A stretch of DNA of 64,000 nucleotides from Mobula hypostoma (Eukaryota). Shown here one piece after another: positions 59,107 to 64,000 of the stretch. A program made the translations under genes and the position numbers. The notes beneath the pieces were generated by a model. The model did no database searches, was not told the DNA's origin, and worked only from the letters and a program-made list of their open reading frames with translations. The DNA lies in contig NC_086109.1 in the NCBI RefSeq assembly GCF_963921235.1, positions 22,260,001-22,324,000 on the forward strand. Direction: 5' to 3'. Positions within the stretch are counted from its first letter, which is position 1, and each line of letters opens with the position of its first letter.

Positions 59107-59736
59107 CTATTTGAGATATACCCATTAAAAAATGACTGAGAACAATCTAATCTCACATGTACAAATAGTCAGATTCCTTCCAATTAGAGAACAGAAACCC
59201 ATTCAACTTTTGTGTTTTGGCTAGCTTTCTCAAGCTAACCCTATTAGTTTCACTGCCATACTTTAAACTTTTCACTTAGCAATGCAAGATCTTTACATAA
59301 AAATCCATAAACAGTTACATGAATCTGGTGAACTGAAAGCACAAGTTAACCTGTAAATGCTATTTTATACTATTTTTGAGTTCCATTTTGAACGTTCTAA
59401 CAAATCTGAGCCACCATTTATTAGGCAATGCATAACAACTCACTCTAAAATAAACTCCTGTTCAACTGCTAGCTACCTTTCAGCAAGAGAGTTTTGTTCT
59501 ACGTTTTTACAAAGCTCATATTTAATATCCTTCCCAGGCGAGAAGTGTTAAAATCAAAGCAATGTGTATTTGATCATTACCAGAAGGTTGCTGTGAATTG
59601 TCTTCCTGACAAACAATCCATGTCAGAAAATGTTCTCCTACAATAGTTGGATGAAACTTTAAACTTTGACTCAGGAAAGGAAAAATAGTTTACTTTGCAA
59701 GTGTTAAGTTTGTCTGGCAGGACACTCCCTACATAT

Positions 59737-60240
59737 ACACAAGAGAATCTGCAGATGCCAGAAATCCAGACCAACACACAAAAATGCTGGAGAAACTCAG
59801 AAGGTAAGGCATTTCTGTGGAAACGAATAGACATCCAAGACCCTTTATCAGGACTGGAAAGGAAGGGGGAAGATGCCAGAATAAAAAAAAATGGGGTGGG
59901 GGGAAAGGAAGGAGGACTAGTTAGAAGGTGAAGCCAGGTAGGTGGGAAAGATAAAGATAAAGATCTGGAAAAGGAGGAGAGGAGAGTGGACCAAAGGAGA
60001 AAGGGAAGGAGGAGGGGCACCGGGGGAGGTGATAGGCATGTGAGAAAAAGAGGTATAAGGCCAGAGTGGGAAAGAGATGAACAGCGAAGAGGGAGAGGAA
60101 AACAAATTATCGGAAGGAGAAATCGCTTTCATGCCATCAGGTTGGAGGCTACCTAGTTGGAATATGAAGTGTTGTCCCTCCATCTCGAGAATGGCCTCAT
60201 TTTGGCAAAAGAGGCGGCTATGGATTGACATGTTGAACAA
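59737..60240 (-). mobile_element. Penelope-like 3' fragment
   Basis: EGQHFIFQLGSLQPDGM (ORF C-terminus) followed by the terminal repeat. Confidence 0.8.
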
Positions 60241-60569
60241 GCACCTGTTAATAAATTTAGAAGTCTGATGTATGTGCATATGTTGTTTCCTATAAACACA
60301 AATTGTTCTCTTTTCAGTCTTGTGTGTTTTTGATGCCATTTATTACTATAATATGAAGTTGTAGTTACCATATCAAATGATTTTTGTACATTTTTCTATT
60401 TACGTACAAAATCCTTAAAAATGAAATCCATTTGTTATCTGGACACTGCCTGTGGTGTATAAAATTTACCTCTAACAGAGACTAAAAAAATTCCTTCTAA
60501 TGGGAAATATATCCCAGTGGAGATTTTACTGGAAATGTATCCCTGTAGTGGATATTTGATTATTTATTC

Positions 60570-60850
60570 ATTTATTTACAGACACAGCATAGAACAAGCC
60601 TTTCTGGACCAACAAACTGCACCACCCAGTAATCACCTATTTAATTGTCACAGGACAATTTACAATGCCCAATTAATGTACTAACTGGTACGTCATTGGA
60701 CTATGGGAGGAAACCGGATCACTGAGGAAACTCACGCACTCACGGGAGGAACGTACAAGTTTCTCACAGATGATACTAAAATTAAACTTCGAACTCCAGC
60801 ATGTCAAGCTGTAATAGCGTCATGCTAACGTCTGTGCTACCATGGCAACC
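60570..60850 (-). mobile_element. tRNA-derived SINE
   Basis: Homologous to 51535-51800. Confidence 0.7.
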
Positions 60851-61029
60851 TACATTTTTCACACAAGGACTGTGGCAAAGAAACTGGTGGAAGAACTCTG
60901 AGAAGACTTTCTGATGATATTCAAATCTCATTCACTACCCCCCCCCTCCCCAAAGCAGCACTAATGTGTATCTCAATTCTGTTATGGGGATGACTGGCTG
61001 TGTCCCAAGGAAAGCTATATGTAGTTTAG

Positions 61030-62659
61030 GATATGTATATGGATTTCAGCAAGGCATTTGATAAGGTATCCCATGCAAGGCTAATTGAGAAAATAAGGAG
61101 GCATGGGATCCAAGGGGACATTGCTTTGTGGATCCAGAACTGGCTTGCCCACAGAAGGCAAAAAGTGGTTGTAGACAGGTCATTTTCTGCATGGAGGTCG
61201 GTGACTAGTGGTGTGCCTCAGGGATCTGTTCTGGGACCATTACTCTTCGTGATTTTTATAAATGACCTGGATGAGGAAGTGGAGGGATGGGTTAAGTAAG
61301 TTTGCTGATGACACAAAGGTTGGAGCTGTTGTGGATAGTGTGGAGGGCTGTCAGAGATTACAGTGGGACATTGATAGGATGCAAAACTGGGCTGAGAAGT
61401 GGCAGATGGAGTTCAACCCAGATAAGTTATCTTAACCCAGGGTTAACATATGAGGGACGTTTGTCCGCTCTTGGACTGTGTTCCTTGGAGTTTAGAAGAA
61501 TGAGGGGGAGACCTCATAGAAACATTTTGAATGTTGAAAGGCACGGACAGAGTGGATGTGGCAAAGTTGTTTCCCATAATGGGGGAGTCTAGTACGAGAG
61601 GGCATGACTTAAGGATTGAAGGGCGCCCATTCAGAACAGAAATGCGAATAATTTTTTTTAGCCAGAGGGTGGTGAATCTATGGAATTTGTTGCCACGGGC
61701 AGCAGTGGAGGCCAAGTCATTGGGTGTATTTAAGGCAGAGATTGACAGGTATCTGAGTAACCAGGGCATCAAAGGTTATGGTGAGAAGGCGGGGGAATGG
61801 GACTAAATGGGAGAATGGATCAGCTCATGATAAAATGGTGGAGCAGACTCGATGGGCCGAATGGTCAACTTCTGCTCCTTTGTCTTATGGTTTTAAGTGT
61901 GAAGTGGTTCATTTTGGTAGGTCAAATACGATGGCAGAATATACTATTAATGGTAAGACTCCTGGCAGTGTGGAGGATCAGAGGGATCTTGGGGTCCGAG
62001 TCCACAGGACGCTCAAAACAACTGTGCAGGTTGACTCTGTGGTTAAGAAGGCATACGGTATATTGGCCTTCATCAATCATGGAATTGAAATTAGGAGCCG
62101 AGGGGTAATGTTGCAGCTATATAGGACCACTTGGGAGTACTGTGCTCAGTTCTGGTCACCTCACTACAGGAAAGATGTGAAAGCCATAGAAAGGGTGCAA
62201 ATGAGATTTACAAAAATGTTGCCTGGATTGGGGAGCATGCCTTATTAAAACAGGTTGAGTGAACTTGGCCTTTTCTCCTTGGAGCGACAGAGGATGAGAC
62301 CTGATAGAGGTGTATAAGATGATGAGAGGCATTGATCGTGTGGATAGTCAGAGGCTTTTTCCCAGGGTTGAAATGGTTGACACAAGAGGACACAGGTTTA
62401 AGGTGCTGGGGAGTAGATACAGAGGAGATGTCAGGGGTAAGTTTTTTTCACTCAGAGAGTGGTGAGTGGAGTGGGCTGCCGGCAATGGTGGTGGAGGCGG
62501 ATACGATAGTGTCTTTTAAGAGACTTTTGGATAGGTACATTGAGCTTAGAAGAATAGAAGGCTATAGATAAGCCTAGTAATTTCTAAGGTAAGGACATGT
62601 TCGGCACAACTTTGTGGGCTGAAGGACCTGTATTGTGCTGTAGGTTTTCTATGTTTCTA
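61030..62659 (+). mobile_element. CR1 LINE fragment with a second CR1 3' end nested at 61428-61893
   Basis: [11 protein letters not shown] and [10 protein letters not shown] motifs; host CAGATAAG/TGTGAAGTGG is split, with TAAGT duplicated at 61423-61427 and 61894-61898. Confidence 0.9.
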
Positions 62660-62747
62660 GTTGAGAAATATGTTACCCGTGGTAAACTCCCTCACCTAAT
62701 AACTCACCCCACCTCTACATACTTATCACTGAGCGTCACTTTATGTA

Positions 62748-63925
62748 CAGTTGCAAGAGAAAGCTTGTGATTCCTTTGCAATTCCCTGTTTTGCTGCATT
62801 AATTACTCATAAAATGTGGCCTGATCTTCATCTACATCACAATAATAGATAAACACAATCTGCCTAAACTAATGACACTTCTCCTCGTCAATACTAAGCA
62901 CACCATTTAAATAATTGCAGTCTAGGTTGAAAAAAGTATGTGAACCTCTGGGATAATGCCTTCCACAAAAGCTATTTGGAGTCATGTGTTCCAATCAGTA
63001 AGGTGAGATTGGAGGTGTGGGTTGTAGAAGTGCTCTGTCCTATAAAAAACACATGAAGTCAGGTTACTGACAGAGCCTGTTCTTCTCAAGAAAGATCTGT
63101 TTACGTGCATCATGCCTCAATCAAAACAACTTTTAGAGGATCTTAGAAGAATTGCAGAAATGCATGAAGCTGGAAAAGTCGACAAAAGCATTTCTAAAAA
63201 CCAAAGTATTCATCAGTCCACAGCAAGAGATATTGTCTAGAAATGGAGGAAATTCTGTACTGTTGCTACTCTCTCTTTGAATGGGCATCCTGCAAAGATC
63301 ACATCAACAATAACAACATGCAATGCTGAACGAAGTGAAAAAAAACCCAAGGGTAACAGCAAGACTCCTGCAGAAATTTCTAAAACTTGCTAAAGTCTCT
63401 GTTCATGTGTCCACTAGAAAAAAAAACACTGAACAAGAATGGTACTCATGGAAGGACACCACAGAGGAAACCACTGCTCTCTAAAATAAAACATTGCTAC
63501 ATGTCTCAAGTTTGCAAAAGACCACCTGGATATTCCACAATGCTCCTAGGACAACATTCTGAGAAAAGATAAGACAAAAGTTGAACTTCCTCGCAGAAAT
63601 GCACACTGATATGCTCGGAGAGGAAAGGGCAGTGCACAGCAACACCAAAACCTCATCTCAACTGTGAAGCACGGTGGAAGGAGCATCATGGTATTGGGCT
63701 GCTTTGCTGCCTCAGAACTCGGAGAACTTGCAATTATTGAGGAACAATAAATTCAAAATTGTATCAAGACATTTTACAGGAGAATGTCAGGGTAGTGGTC
63801 CACCATCTGAAGTTGGATGATGCAACAAGACAATGAACTAAAATACAAAGAGTAAATCAACAACAGATGGATTAAAAAGAAGAAAATTTGTGTCTTGGAA
63901 TGGCCAAGTCAGACTCCAGACATTA
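62748..63925 (+). mobile_element. Degraded Tc1 DNA transposon (left end plus transposase pseudogene)
   Basis: TA|CAGTTGCAAG start; ATG at 63112 (MPQSKQLLEDLRR); TVKHGGRSIMV, QQDN and WPSQTPD motifs; many stops and frameshifts. Confidence 0.88.
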
Positions 63926-64000
63926 TGCCGGCCAGTTTAGTGAACAGAGCGGCGGACACTCCTGCCGAAATCTGAAGGAAAACACAGAGGATGCAAAGGG

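Overview
This is vertebrate genomic DNA. The repeat landscape (abundant CR1/HER1-like LINEs, Penelope-derived repeats, V-SINE-like elements, Tc1 MITEs) suggests a cartilaginous fish such as a ray or shark; that taxon call is inference. Two host genes lie on the minus strand, in the tandem arrangement conserved in vertebrates. (1) The whole coding region of PHTF1: one non-coding exon plus 17 coding exons reconstructed by hand with GT-AG boundaries and consistent phases, 2037 nt, 678 aa, ATG 35005, stop 119-121, CpG-rich promoter at about 35.5-35.9 kb. (2) The last four coding exons of RSBN1 (59106 to 50957) and a probable long 3'UTR. Most of the rest is transposable elements. These include a full-length 5.8-kb L1 with a 16-17 bp TSD that is one nonsense codon short of intact, a CR1 with an open 699-aa RT frame, a long CR1 retaining part of an esterase ORF1, a Penelope-like element with an inverted terminal repeat, Tc1 and hAT elements, SINEs and a tRNA-Val(TAC) pseudogene. 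The most notable signals are: (a) Penelope-derived insertions with clean TSDs carrying minimal hammerhead-ribozyme cores, one in sense orientation within a PHTF1 intron; (b) an AG|GTAAGA recursive-splice-like junction and an overlapping uORF on the PHTF1 start-codon exon; (c) the near-intact sense-oriented L1. I found no evidence of a wholly new protein-coding system. Coordinates of degraded repeats are approximate; family assignments come from motif recognition, not database searches.
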